From Octopus sinensis (lineage: Eukaryota), in the NCBI RefSeq assembly GCF_006345805.1, contig NC_042998.1, forward strand, positions 105,710,001-105,774,000: a stretch of 64,000 bases of DNA, in the 5' to 3' direction. How positions within the stretch are numbered: the stretch's first letter is position 1; each line of letters starts with the position of its first letter. Made by a program: the position numbers and the translations under genes. Of this stretch, positions 13,921 to 27,260 are shown one piece after another. The notes below the pieces were generated by a model. The model was not told where the DNA came from. It saw only the letters and a program-made list of their open reading frames with translations, and made no database searches.

Positions 13921-14278
13921 GAGAGAGAGAGAGAATATATATAATATGTGTGTGTGTGTGGGTGTGTGTGTATATATATATATATGTATGTATGTATATG
14001 TACATATTGAACAATGAGAATGAGTGCTCAATACCACATAGGTGGATAAAGATTCTTTATTTGTGTATTAAGACTACCATTTGCTTCATGTTATGGAAAT
14101 TATTCAACCCAATCATATAAAAAATTGGTGTTTGTCTCCATTTTGGATTAAAACATGGGAAGTCCTGGAAAGTCCCAATGAAAACATGAGAAATTTGGTA
14201 AACAAAAACAAGACATGAAGACATGGATTGTTATCTTCCTTGGATTTGACTTATTTGATATAATCATACATATATATG

Positions 14279-14320
<42 letters not shown>

Positions 14321-17318
14321 TATATATGTATGCATATGGATCAAAACAGTTTTATTCAAATTCATTGGTACTCTGAGTTTCAAGTGTGACGCTAGTCGTC
14401 AGCCATCATTTGCACTTGCATATATATATATATGTATATATATATTTGAGGAATGTGTATCAGTGACATTTCAATAGAGTTTCCTATAATTTTCTGTTGT
14501 AAATATAATTGATTATCTTATAAGTTTTGTTTTACCTTAATGCAGGTTCTTGAAGGCAAGTGGCCTATTGGATTGGGTGCTCAGCCTATGAGCATAAGAT
14601 TATGGATTCAATTCCTGGACCTGGTGGTACATTGTGGCCTTGAGCAAGTCACACTATTTCACTTACTCTACTCAACTCAGCTGTAATAAGTGTTGGTGCA
14701 ACCCTCTCTCTCTTTAGCAGTGATATTCTGGATACTCCACTGAATAAAGAGTGTGTGGTCTCAGAAGGTATCTATGTCTCTTCACAACAAGATAGGCATC
14801 TAAAATAATTAGGGACAGAGCGATACATTTTTACTAAATTGTATTTGCTCACAAGTGATGGCTGACTGTACAATGAACAGGTTCAAATGTCACAAGCATA
14901 ACTGTATTTAAGAAGTTTGTTCTACAACTATATATTTCTCATTCAAAATCACTGAGTAACACCACTGTGCAGCACCATAATCGCAGTTAACCAAAGCAGA
15001 ATGAGTAAAATTTACTTGATACAAACCAGGTTAAACCCACCAGAGAAACCATTTTCTTCTTGGTCAGCAAGGTAGTCAAGAACCTTCTGGTCCTTGGCTA
15101 TGTTTAACAGTGTCCAGTCCAATGCAAGCTTTTGGGTCAGATCTCAGGTTTCAAAATAACTTCCTCCTTTCTTCCTTACAGTCATAGAAATCATGAAAAG
15201 TTTCATGTAGCCCTTCTTTCTCTGACAAAGCCATTAAAATAAAAAAAAAAGAATAAAATGAGAAGTAGCTGTTTTTCAACTCAATCTTCAAAATTCATCA
15301 TCATCATCATCATCATCAATTATGGATGAGAAATTAGATTTATAGCGAAATCTGTAGATTAAATGGATTATCAAGCTTTTAACTATAACCAAGACATATT
15401 TTCAGCGTGCAAAACTAACTCTGTTTCTTTATCATCACCAAGTTCTTTATTATATCATGAAACCATATTAATTGACAAATATGCAACATCAATAACCTTA
15501 TTAAACTTTAAATTTTACCTCTATAGAACAATATCCTTCCTTTGATGCTCAATAAATTTTTATTTAATACCATATGCTTCTCTCATATATGATTTATTTT
15601 AGTTGTTTATTTATTGTCTTTTTTAACAATTTAATCAAAGGAAGTTTGCAGGTTTCACTTGGCTTCTTTATATTCACTATGTTATCAAAGTTCTTCAAAG
15701 CAACACAGAAACTAATGAGTTGTTTGATAGTGTTTTGTGACACACAACATGCTGTGCAAAAGGACAGTCGTTTGTCCACCATTTCTCTGTCTCTTTCTCT
15801 CCACTCTCTCACTCTATCACACACACATATATGCACAATAATCGTAGGAATCAATAGCTTTTGGCATATTTTTATTTTTTCATTTTCCATTAACTATTTT
15901 TAAATTCCATGTTATTATTTTGGTAAAAGATTTTTCTTTTGGTCGAGCCTTCTCTATGTTAACAATAAAAGTTTGTGGAAATAAAAACAGTAGAGAAATA
16001 TCATATTTTCCATTCACTAATAAATAGTAATTTATTTTTAGAGCACCAGTTCTTTCATACTAAACTTTTAAGCCACTGTTTCATGGCTTCTTAATTTGTT
16101 TCAAATTTATTAGCAATAACATAAATTTTAAAGTTAGAAGTTTGTAAATCAATACAGTATTGTCAGTGCAGACACTAGCCATGGCAAAACCTCAGTTAAT
16201 CTGAAATCAAAGTAAGACTATAGGTATACTTATTACTTTTTGTAGATAGTAACTTGAAATTGAAAAACTACTACAAAAGGTTTCTCTTCGTGCAGAAAGC
16301 AAATGATATGAAGTCATATGAAATAAATGTGATGAAATATATAACAATGAAGTATGCATTCAAGATTTCAATGAGCTTGTCCACAATGTCATAATCCTAG
16401 TATAACACATTTTAAAATAGAAACATAAACTGAATGGAATATTTCATTTTTGTACTTGGTTTGCAAGATTCTTTATGTGAACTCTTGTGTTGAAACAAAT
16501 TTTGTTGTGTCTAGGGAGAGTTGTTACACCAATAACATTAACACACACTGGTTCAATTCCATTCATTTATTAAGTATCCAATTGTTTGTTTTTGTTTGTC
16601 AAATCTCTTTCATTGCTTCTTGCAATCTTCTCAATGCCTATTTAATAAATGAGTGAATTGAACCAGTGTGTGTGTGTTTTAATTATATTAACATAATGAC
16701 TCTCCCTAGACATAACAAAATGAATAGAATATATCATATATATAATTTGATATACACAATTTACAAAAGAGCTACTAATGGTTTCATACTTTAATGATAC
16801 ACAACATTGGAATTCACAAGATCCTTTATTAATCACAACGGTCATTTCAAACCATCTTGCACCAATCCCTCATGGGTAAGATACTATACAAATGGCATCC
16901 TTCTGTGAAGATGTGTCTCATCAGGTGACTTTCCAAAAGGTACCTCACTCAATAATCTTGGTTTCACTTGGTTCGATTATACAGCATGTTGTTATTTGCT
17001 TCTCTTTAATCTGTGAATCCTACAGGAAACCACATACAGGCAAATAATGACATGTTGTATAATCAAACCAAGCAAAACTAAGTTTATTGAGTGAGGTACT
17101 ATTTGAAAAGTCACTGGATGAGACATATCTGCACTGAAGGATGTGTAGTATCTCACTTGTGATACTACACAGTTGTGTAGCATCTCACTTGTGAGGGATC
17201 AATGTGAGATGGGTTGAAACGATTGCTGTGTTTAATAAAGAATCTCATGGGGAATTGAAAACGTAATCTCATTATTGTGAGTATAATACTTTGACCATTA
17301 AGTCAAGTGCATTCACGT

Positions 17319-17349
<31 letters not shown>

Positions 17350-18217
17350 AACAAACAATAAGCATCAGTGCTGGTGGCATGTAAAAGCACCCTTTACACT
17401 TTCTGAGTGGTTGGCATTAAGAAGAGCATCCAGCCAAAGAAAACCATGCAAAATCAGTCTGGAGCCTGGCACAGCCTTCCAGTGTGCCAGCTTAGTCAAA
17501 CATCTATCCCATGCTAGCATGGACATTAAATGATGATGATGAGGAGGAGGAGGATGATATAAATACATATAGTTGGTGCCATGTAAAAAGCACTCAGTCT
17601 ATTCTGTAATCTGGTTGTGGTTAAGAAGAGCATCCAGCTGTAAAAATCCGGCCAAAAAGTCTGTGAAGACTGGTGCAGTCTTTTACCAAGCCAGTCCCTG
17701 TCTAATCGTCCAACCCATGCCAGCACGTAAATGAGACGTTAAGTGATGATGATGACGATGATATGCATATGTAATCTATATATACTATATATATTCATAT
17801 ATGTGTGTGCGTATGTGCAAAATTGACATAAACAGCAGGTTGCAATATTTCACCTAAAAGGAGAATTATAATTGTCACTAAATGTAACTAGGGTGTTAAG
17901 AAACACCTACATTGCTAGAAATAAGAGCTAAAATACTCTGACAATTATGGTCCCTCTTAGTGTATACGTTTCTATTCATGTGCATTAACTACAGCAGTAG
18001 AGCATTTTAGCTCTTATTTCTATCAATGTAGGTGTGTTTTTAACATCCCAATTATATGTGTGTGTGTGTGTGTCATCATCAGCAGCAGCATCACTTAACG
18101 TCTGCCTTCCATGCTGGCACATTGGAAGGCTGCACCAGACTTCAGTCTGATTTGGCGTGGTTTCCTATAGCTGGATGCCCATCTTAACACCAACCACTCA
18201 GCAGAGTGGACACACAC

Positions 18218-18261
<44 letters not shown>

Positions 18262-18358
18262 ATATATATATATATATGTGTATTTATTTATTTTTTTTAT
18301 CTAGTTTCAGCTCACAAGCTGTGGCCATGCTGGGGTATATATATATATGTATGTGTAT

Positions 18359-18390
<32 letters not shown>

Positions 18391-18444
18391 CGTTTAAATA
18401 TTTGTTGTGCAAGATCTTTTATGTGAAGTCGTGTGTTGAAACAG

Positions 18445-18744
18445 ATATTGTTATATTTTGGAATGGTCATTTTGCCAGTTTAGCCAATAAAAACACATGC
18501 ACTATATATTTGGTGTTACTTTGCTTCAGTGTTATTCATTTTTTACATTAATCTTAATCTTATTTCGGCCAGAGTTCTTTCATCACACTCCTGTGACCGC
18601 ATCAGTGGTCCTTTGTTTTCTTCTCACTTATAAGATTAAGATTAATGTAAAAAATAAATAACACTGAAGCAAAGTAACTCCAAATATATAGTGCGTGTGT
18701 TTTTATTGGCTAAACTGGCAAAATGACCATTCCGAAATATAACA

Positions 18745-18748
<4 letters not shown>
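18445..18748. repeat. Inverted repeat, ~115-bp arms with ~70-bp loop
   Basis: ATATTGTTATATTTTGGAATGG... inverted at 18630-18748. Confidence 0.9.
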
Positions 18749-18791
<43 letters not shown>

Positions 18792-18815
18792 TGTATGTAT
18801 GTATATATACACACA

Positions 18816-19685
18816 CAGTGTGCGATGAATGAACATCATCTAAATTATGCAAAAAGGAAAATAACACTGACATCTCATTTTAACAGATGTATTTACCAAA
18901 ATTTGATAAAATTATTTTGAAGTACTTAGGAGTAAATTTATTCAACAAAATCGCCATTCGCTTCAACCACAACCTCCGGACGATTTCAGAATCTTCTGCA
19001 GCTCTTCTGGATGGTTCCCTTTTTTAAGTTGGTGAAGGCTGCCATAATCTTGGCCTTCAGTTCATCTTTGGTGTTTGAAGGAGGTTTTGTTGGTCTCTAA
19101 CTCAAATGCACACCACACATAATAATCAAGAGATAGCAGTGTGGGGAGTTAGGTGGCCTGATTTAGGGGTGATGTGGCCACAGAAATTGCCTGACAGCCA
19201 TGACTGGGTTCTCCTGCTTGTGTGGCATGATGCAGAGTCCTGTTGCCAGACATAAGGTCTTCCAGCAGCCACCCTCTTGACCCAGGGCAGCACAACCTCT
19301 TCCAGGCACTAGATGTAGGTTTCCATATTGAGTCTGAGGCCATGTGGGAAGATTAATGGAGGCATAACGTCACCATCACTAGTGATAATTCCAAACACCA
19401 TGATGTTGACTGGATGTTTAATTTTTATCACTCTTGGTACATGTCCTCAGATTGACACCCAGACACTCTGTAATGTTCATATTGGAGCTTCCAGCATGAA
19501 TGTTAAGCAGTACAGCATGTTGTTTCAAAATTTCTGACAAAATAGTAGCGTCTTGGTGGTGCTTTTATCGCAGACAGTGCCCAACTGACACTACTATACT
19601 GTGTAGTTGACAAAATCCAAAACAAACAATGAACATGCACAAAATTAAAAATATAAAATAGAGACAATTCACCCATCACACGCTG
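18816..19685 (-). mobile_element. Internally deleted maT/DD37D-type Tc1/mariner element
   Basis: KHPVNIMVFGIITSDGDVMPP, WQQDSA...PPNSP...DYYVW (about 37-residue spacing after correcting two 1-nt deletions); CAG-starting imperfect TIRs at both ends. Confidence 0.85.
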
Positions 19686-19707
19686 TATATATATATATAT
19701 ATATATA

Positions 19708-21470
19708 AATTAGAAAAAAACACCTTTTATCAATTCAAAATGAACAATTAAATTACACCATCTAGAAAATTACCTATTATAGAAATATTGAATATGAAAT
19801 AACAATAATATACCGATGATTAATTAATGTGTAAAATAATAAATAAAACGTATATATTTGGTAGAATAATGACACGTGTTTCGTGGTTATATTTAAGAAA
19901 TGATTATAGTAAAAATATTAATAGTAGTAGTAAAATCACTTCGATATAAATATAGCCACTCATCAGGTTAAAAATAAACTACAATAATAAAATAATTAAT
20001 TATTGAATATAGGTAAATAATCTTTCAAAATATAAATATATTCTTTAAAATAGATATCTATCTATCTGTATATATATATATATATATATACGATACTAAA
20101 TATACATTAAGTGAAAACTAAATACAATACTCAAATTATACAATACTTTAAAATTAATTAATATACACAATGCTAGTACAAGCCATTAATATTGGAATCA
20201 AAATAAGAAATGGTTCAAATATAGACACACTCCTTAAATAAACTAACTATATAATTAATATATATGTGTAGTTTCTATAGATTTAATATATCACTCAAAA
20301 TATCAATTAATATAAAACCTAATTTACTTAAATTTAATACTACTTAATAAATATACCACCTAATTATTAAATAATATATTGTCTAACAAAATTAATTCAC
20401 ACATTAAATTAAATGTAATATGTTAGATCCCTTTATAAAAAAATAATAAATCATTCTAAATAAATAGATATAATAATTAATAACTATCATAACTTATAAC
20501 TATCAATATATATAAAAATGATATAATGGCGAAAATTATTTACTAATGAAAAGTAAGAAAAACGTCTAGGCCCCTTAAATTAAAGAAAGGTGCAAAAATA
20601 TTAGAACAAATGAACAATACACTATGAAGACATTCAACTACAACCGACAGTCCACTACAAATCCAGTCAATAACAATAATAATAATAATAATAACAACAA
20701 TCAAACTCAGTATAATACAAGATCCAAATAATATCGATAAACAAACAATGTTACGAAGTTTATCGATTAAATTAATCTATCTGGATTTTAAATGTATAAA
20801 AATAGGTTTTAGCGTCTTATTAATATACCCAATGCTATTACTAGTCATGAATAATACAATAAAAAATAGGAAATTGTTCAAATATACACAAACCCATTAT
20901 ATAAACTAACTATATTATTAATATATATGTAGTATCTATAGGTTTAATATTTCACACGATAATAAAGTTGAACAAAATATTAATTAATATAAAAACTAAT
21001 TTACTTAAATGTAATACTACTTAATAAAAATATTACCTAACGAAACTAATTTTCAAATTAAATTATATTTAAAACGTTAAATCCCTTTATAAAAATAAAT
21101 AGATATCATAACTAATAACTATCAAGAAACTATATATATAAATAATAATATTTCAGCAACAATAATAATAATAATAATTTCAAACACAAAACAATTCAAA
21201 ATCCAAATAATATTGATAAGCAATAAAATGTTAGCTTGCCGAAGGAAAAATGTAACTGAATTTTAAACGTGAAAAAATAGTTCTTAGCGTTTATAAAAAT
21301 TTAACGCGTGAAGACTTTGCGCAAACAAATAGATGCACATTACTTAATCATCAGTATATTATTATTATTTTATTTTTAATATTTCTATTATATGTAATTT
21401 TCTAGATGGTGTAATTTAATTGTTCATTTTGAATTGATAAATTGATAAAAGGTGTTTTTTTTCTAATTTT
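19708..21470 (-). mobile_element. ~1.76-kb very AT-rich element with ~80-bp inverted ends, internal diverged direct duplication and one hammerhead
   Basis: 19708-19790 inverted at 21378-21470; block near 20160 repeated near 20820; (TA)n on both flanks. Confidence 0.55.
19867..19970 (-). ncRNA. Type I hammerhead ribozyme motif (Penelope-type)
   Basis: Minus strand: TAAC-CTGATGA-GTGGCTATATTT...AAATATAACCAC-GAAA-CACGTG-TC-ATTA. Strong stem II and palindromic stem III; first stem I pair is a C.A mismatch. Confidence 0.7.
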
Positions 21471-21612
21471 TATATATATATTATATTTTGTGAAATTTGA
21501 TTTAGTATTTCTAAATTGAATTTTTTCCTGTAAGTTAGGAATAATATTCCCTCAAATTATTATTATTATATATATATATATATATATATAGTTTGTGTTT
21601 TCATTACTGATA

Positions 21613-21649
<37 letters not shown>

Positions 21650-21982
21650 AGCCGGGGGTAACCTTATACTTCCCCCACAGAAAGACACCTGTTTCTGTCT
21701 CTCTGTCTCACTATAGTCTTTCATCATCCAACACAAGATCACTTCTTCCGATGCCTGTCTTGCAAGTACTTGGTGCCCCTGTCAGCACAGGTGCCACTTA
21801 AAAGCATCCAGTCCACAGTGTAAAGTGGTTGGTGTTTGGAAGGGCATCCAACTGTAAAATGCTGCCAAAGCAGTCACAGAAATTTGATGCAGGCTTCTGC
21901 CTGGCTGGCTCTTGTGAAACAGTCCACCCATGCTTGCATGGAAGGTGGACGTTAAACAATGATGCTGATGATGATGATGACA

Positions 21983-22320
21983 TGGCTCTGTGGTTAGAAC
22001 GTTCAGCTCACAATCATGAGGTAGTGAGTTCGATCCCCAGATCAGGCTCTGTGTTCTGTTCTTGAGCAAGGCACTTTACTTCACATTGCTCCAGTTCACT
22101 CTTCTGAAGAAATGAGTTGCGAAGTCACTAGTGCCAAGCTGTATCGGCTTTTGTCTTTCCTTTGGGTAACACCAGTGGTGTGAAGGGGAGAGGCTGGTAT
22201 GCATAGGTGACTGCTGGTCTTCCATAAAACAACCTTTCCTACACTTGTGCCTTGGAGGGTAACTCACTAGGTGCAATGCCATGGTCATTCATGACCAAAG
22301 GAGATCTTTACTCTTTACCA
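21983..22320 (+). mobile_element. tRNA-derived SINE, family D
   Basis: TGGCTCTGTGGTTAG A-box, GAGTTCGATCCC B-box, TTGAGCAAGGCACTT body; degenerate relative at 14555-14720. Confidence 0.8.
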
Positions 22321-24280
22321 TATATGTATGTGTGTATTGGTGTGAGAGAAAGGTAACTGATGCACCAAACATAGATATCTTGTATTATTAAGTTTCAAAC
22401 AAGTTATGCCCCTTTACACCAAATTCAACTTGTCCTTCTTTTATACAATCAATGGATGATATTGTACAAAACAATATATACGGGTCACCGTGTTCAAAAC
22501 ACTTGAAGGTGATAGTTCAACATGACCACAATTTAGCGATTGATGAGACCAGTAAAAGAGTAAAGAATGAATGGAAGCCTAAAATAATACAGCAATAATT
22601 CATGTGACATATGTAAACATTTAGAACCATCATTTGGTAATGCTGCAAGTGTGTTGGCTTGCTTCAATAGGCTCTGGTGAACCTTGTGGTATGCAACCAA
22701 TTGAGGCTCTTTTTCTTTTCTTTCTCTTTTTTCTTTTTCTTTTGTAAAATATATTCCTTTTCACTGAATTATTGCAAATTGCAACAATTGTTTTGTACCA
22801 TTTTTGAATTGTTGTATAATGGTACCTACTCTTGCATTTCAACCTTTCAAACTTTCTAAGTTTGGTCATTAGGTTACAGCCCATTTGGTTTGAAAAGAAG
22901 TAAAGTAATTTCCTAGTTTGATCAAATGACCATATTTCCTCTTTGCTTGAAAATTATATTTAAAATTCATTGATTTAAAAATACAAGAGTATTAAAAGTA
23001 TACATAATGGGGCTAATAAACCACCTTTGACCAACATAAAGTAGATTATACACCAACACAGACCATATGACAAGGTTATATCACTTATATCTGATAGTGT
23101 ATGTGTATGTGTGTGTATGGATATGTCACAGAAAGGCTCTGAAACAGCATGCATCCACAAGGACAGATTTGATTTTTGAAATCTGCATCCCAATAGCAAG
23201 GTTTTCAGTTATAATTAATAAAAGATATAATTTGCTACAAGAAATAACTTGACTTTTAGATCATCAAATCCACCACTCCCTATCTGTCTTGGCCTATCTC
23301 TCTCTCTTCCTCTCTCTCGCTTCCCTCCCTCTCTCTCTCTCTCTCTCTCTGCATATGTATATCTCTCACATATACTGCTGCCCCCTCTCCCACTTGATAT
23401 GTCATGGAATTGCTTTCATTTTGTTTAAAACTTCATTATTGTATTTTGTGACAGTTATCTTGCAGAAAATGCTACCTTCCAAATCCTGTTTTCTGATTGG
23501 GTACAAATTATCAAACTTGAAACCTCTGTAACATTTTAAAGAAAAATTTTTTCTGGGATAAATGAATCACAAAATCAGATTCAGCATGAAAAAGTACATC
23601 AATATACCAAATTCAAAACCTGTGACAGCAGCAGAAAAGGACCCCACTTCACTAACTCTCTCTCTCTCTTTATTTGTCTATCTCTGTCATTTATGCTTTT
23701 CTCTATGCTTTTTTGTTGTAAACTTTCCCACTCTCTATGTATTTGCCACACACTCTCTCTCTTTCTCTAAATGTACATCACTTATGCTGAGTACATGTAT
23801 TTGCGTGAGTGTGTGCGTGTGTGTGTATCTATGCATGTGTGTAAGGAATTTCGTTAGAGTAACAGAGTTGAAAAACCCTCACAGAGCATCTCTACATCTA
23901 TGCACCAAATGGAAAAACAAAAAACTTTACTTTATCAATACTGATCAAGAGGAAAAGACATGGTCTGACATGAAATAAAAAAGATTCTGTTGTGGAAGTT
24001 GCCTGGCAAGGGTGGGATGATCAACAAGTGATGAACAAACTGCATGTATATTATCTTTTACTTGTGTTAGTCATTAGACTGCGACCATGCTGGGGCACCA
24101 CCTTGAAGAATTTTAGTTGAAACGAATCAGAACATTTTTTTTAAAGTTTGGCACTTATTCTATTAGTGTCTTTTTTCTCATCTCTTAAATATAGAACTGA
24201 ACCTGTATATATATAAATAACAACGGGAAGTTGTAATGTACTGCACGAGTGGAAATATATATATATGAAAAAAGGTTTGA

Positions 24281-24400
24281 AAATGCAATTTTAAAGATGT
24301 TTATTTACTTGACTGGTTTCACTTTTTTAGAAAAAGATTGTCAATCTTTTTCTAAAAAGTGAAAGTGGTTAAATGAATAAACATCTTTAAAATTGCATTT
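24281..24400. repeat. Hairpin
   Basis: AAATGCAATTTTAAAGATG...CATCTTTAAAATTGCATTT. Confidence 0.85.
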
Positions 24401-24414
24401 ACAAACTTCTTTCA

Positions 24415-24590
24415 TATATATATATATATACAAGCTTCTTTCAGTTTCTGACTACCAAATCCACTCACTAGGATTTATTCAGCCCTGGGGTATAGGGTAT
24501 AGTAAAAGGTATTTGCCCAAGATGCCACACAGTGAGACTGAACTGGGAACCATGTGGTTGGGAAGCAAACTTCTTACTACACAGCTGCAC
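24415..24590 (-). mobile_element. SINE family A, 5' half
   Basis: Reverse complement of head and body. Confidence 0.75.
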
Positions 24591-25879
24591 TTCCTCTTAT
24601 TAGTAGTATTTAGATTGTCATGTATATGTGTGATTTAATGCAGGATATTCATCTCAAGATTCAAACACAACTAGAGTGAGAAACAGAAGGGCACTTGCCA
24701 CTCTTATGGCTTATAATAAGCATCTACTTAATTAATAAGTGAGACAAATTAGTTATTAATTATAGACATTGAATTAATTGGTTAATCTGTAACTAAATTA
24801 CACAAAAATAATAATTATCTATTTAGCAATAATAGGTCAAACATATGCTAATGCATGAACTCCATCGATATGTAATGCATATTTAATGTATATTTGTGGA
24901 GGTTTATGAGCTTCCAAAATTTATTCTTCCTTTACTTCACACTGTAGTTGTTGGCAACTTGAGATGAATGTCTTGTATTAAATCATGCAGGTACACCACA
25001 ATCTAAGTAACAGTACATAGAGTAAAGTAAAAAAAATCTCACAGACTTTCCAGTTAATGTTTTAGTAGTAAATATATGGCCTGCATCAGTCAAAACTATG
25101 ATAATATATGAAAGAAACAGGCAATAAAATATTAGCTACAATGAAGATCCCATCATTGGTTAACTTTACTCGTACAACACCGAAGGTTGTGTAAAATATG
25201 AAATGTTTTTTTTTTCATGTCATTGTGTAATCTATTTTATGTTGGTCTAATGTGATTTATCAGCTCTATTGTGTATATTACTCATCTTCTTTTTAATTAA
25301 TAAATTTTAAATTCTTGCTAATATTATAATCATTATTATAATTATTTTTTTAATAATTTTTATCATTGTTTTATTGTTTTTTTTGTTTTATACAACAAGT
25401 GTTATCATTATGCTAGTATATCATCATGTTATAGTCTTACATTGTTATCATATAAATACTATAGCTATTACTGTCATTATCAACTTTTTTCTTTTAAACA
25501 TTTTGATTTAATATTAATATGATCATCACACCTTTGTATTTTTTTTATATTTTCTGATGTGTTTTTGTGTTGGTTGACACAGTCCTATTGTGGTACTACA
25601 AATCATTAACACATATCACATGGTCGTTTGAAACTGAGATTCTCTGCTCACAAGTTCATGTCTCCCAGTCTAGCTCTGATTAATTCTCCACCACAATTTC
25701 TGATAAATATACAATAGTGATTTAGCTTTATCTGTAAAGGGTACGGAATTATCCCTATGAGCTTGCACTCAGTACCCAGACAAAAGATTGGTGTGTGTGT
25801 GTGTTTGCATGTGTGCATGCGTGCATGTATATGTGTGTGTTTGAATTACATCTCCCTTTGGTAAATATAGCTTTGACCT

Positions 25880-26905
25880 GGTGAAATAGATGCTATCAGA
25901 CATTGTCTAACAATCATTGGGTGTACTAACACTGAACCCTAACATACTCTCATTTGTAGGTCAGCAGTAATGGCCAAATCACTGCCCATCCTCTCCTGAT
26001 TGCTAGCTTATAATCTGTCTTCTATAACCAACAAAAAGCTTATTCTACATCTATCACATCTTGGATGCAGCTGCCTTTCTCTTTTTTCCTCTTATTCTAA
26101 TCGCTATAATCATTCTCCATACTGACTGAGCGGAGGAATCTATGCAACCAATCTGAACTGGGAATAGCTATGTCTGCCATTCCTTCTCCCTGTATTCCCA
26201 CAAAAGGTTCTAGCATTTGATATGCTTTTAGTGAAAGGTTTGATCACACCCTCCTTCCCATTATGCTGTTAACTAAATCAGAAATATCTTTGCCATCTGA
26301 GTCTACAATGCCATGCCCAACCTCAGAGCTGTCTGGGCAACCCAAAATGAACTGCTGTTTTTCTCCTAGATCTACTTTCATATACTATAATTGTAGTAAA
26401 CTGCATTTTTCTTTTTCCAGTAATCAATGACTTTTTCTCCTTCTCTCTTGAACACGATTGATAGTCTTGTTTTTCCTTATTGCTTATGTTTCTTGTGTCT
26501 CCCTTGAATGTGAGCACTTTGTCATTGTGCCACATATATCTATCATTGGTAAGTGAAGTTTTAAAACCCTGATGAAATGTGTGCCGGGGTGACCTATTAT
26601 CGACAAAGCCTCTACATTCAATCTACTCTCATGCCCATCTCTACAGATTTGTTGATGTAGGAAGTGCATCATACACCACTCACTGCAGGAAAGAGACACA
26701 GAAAGAGTTTATACTTCACATGTCTATCCATGTGACCTTTCTCTTGGAGAAGTCCCATTTGGTTCAGGCCCCCTGGGATACTAGAAACACAGCTCTTGAT
26801 TTTCTTTTTTGTTTCTCTTGGTATTATTCTCCTGCCTATAACATGGCACTCCTTTACATGATATCTGCCTTTTTCCATTGTTTAGAATAACTGAGATCCT
26901 GCTGC
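25880..26905 (-). mobile_element. HERO-like RLE non-LTR retrotransposon 3' relic
   Basis: WDFSKRKVTW, VYDALPTSTNL, WHNDKVLT, KVDLGEK, KAAASKM resemble HERO C-terminus (YDxLPSPxNL..W, RHDxVL, VDLG); heavily decayed. Confidence 0.65.
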
Positions 26906-26924
26906 CTTGAGCTTACTAACTTTA

Positions 26925-27260
26925 TATATATCATACATACATACATACATACATACATAAATACAAACTTACATATATACATACATACACACATACATAC
27001 AAATATACATACATACATACACACATACATACATACATACAAACTTACATATAGACATACATACGCATATACACATACATATGTATGTATGTGTACATAC
27101 ATACATACATATATAAATACAAACTTACATATATACATATATACATACGCATATACACATACATATGTATGTATGCATGCATGCATGCATGCATGCATGT
27201 ATGTATGTATGTATGTATGTATGTATGTATGTATGTATGTATGTATGTATGTATGTATAC
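26925..27260. repeat. (TACA)n/(TGTA)n compound microsatellite, inverted halves
   Basis: Direct inspection. Confidence 0.9.

Noticed and set aside
15030-15150. Short open minus-strand frame DLTQKLALDWTLLNIAKDQKVLDYLADQEENGFSGGFNLV
   Set aside because: Weak acceptor and no confident family match; would need BLASTX or RNA-seq
18553-18630. Hammerhead in the loop of the 18445-18748 palindrome (CTGATGC...CGAAA on minus strand)
   Set aside because: Core deviates (CTGATGC), and no stem III, NUH triplet or stem I partner follows GAAA
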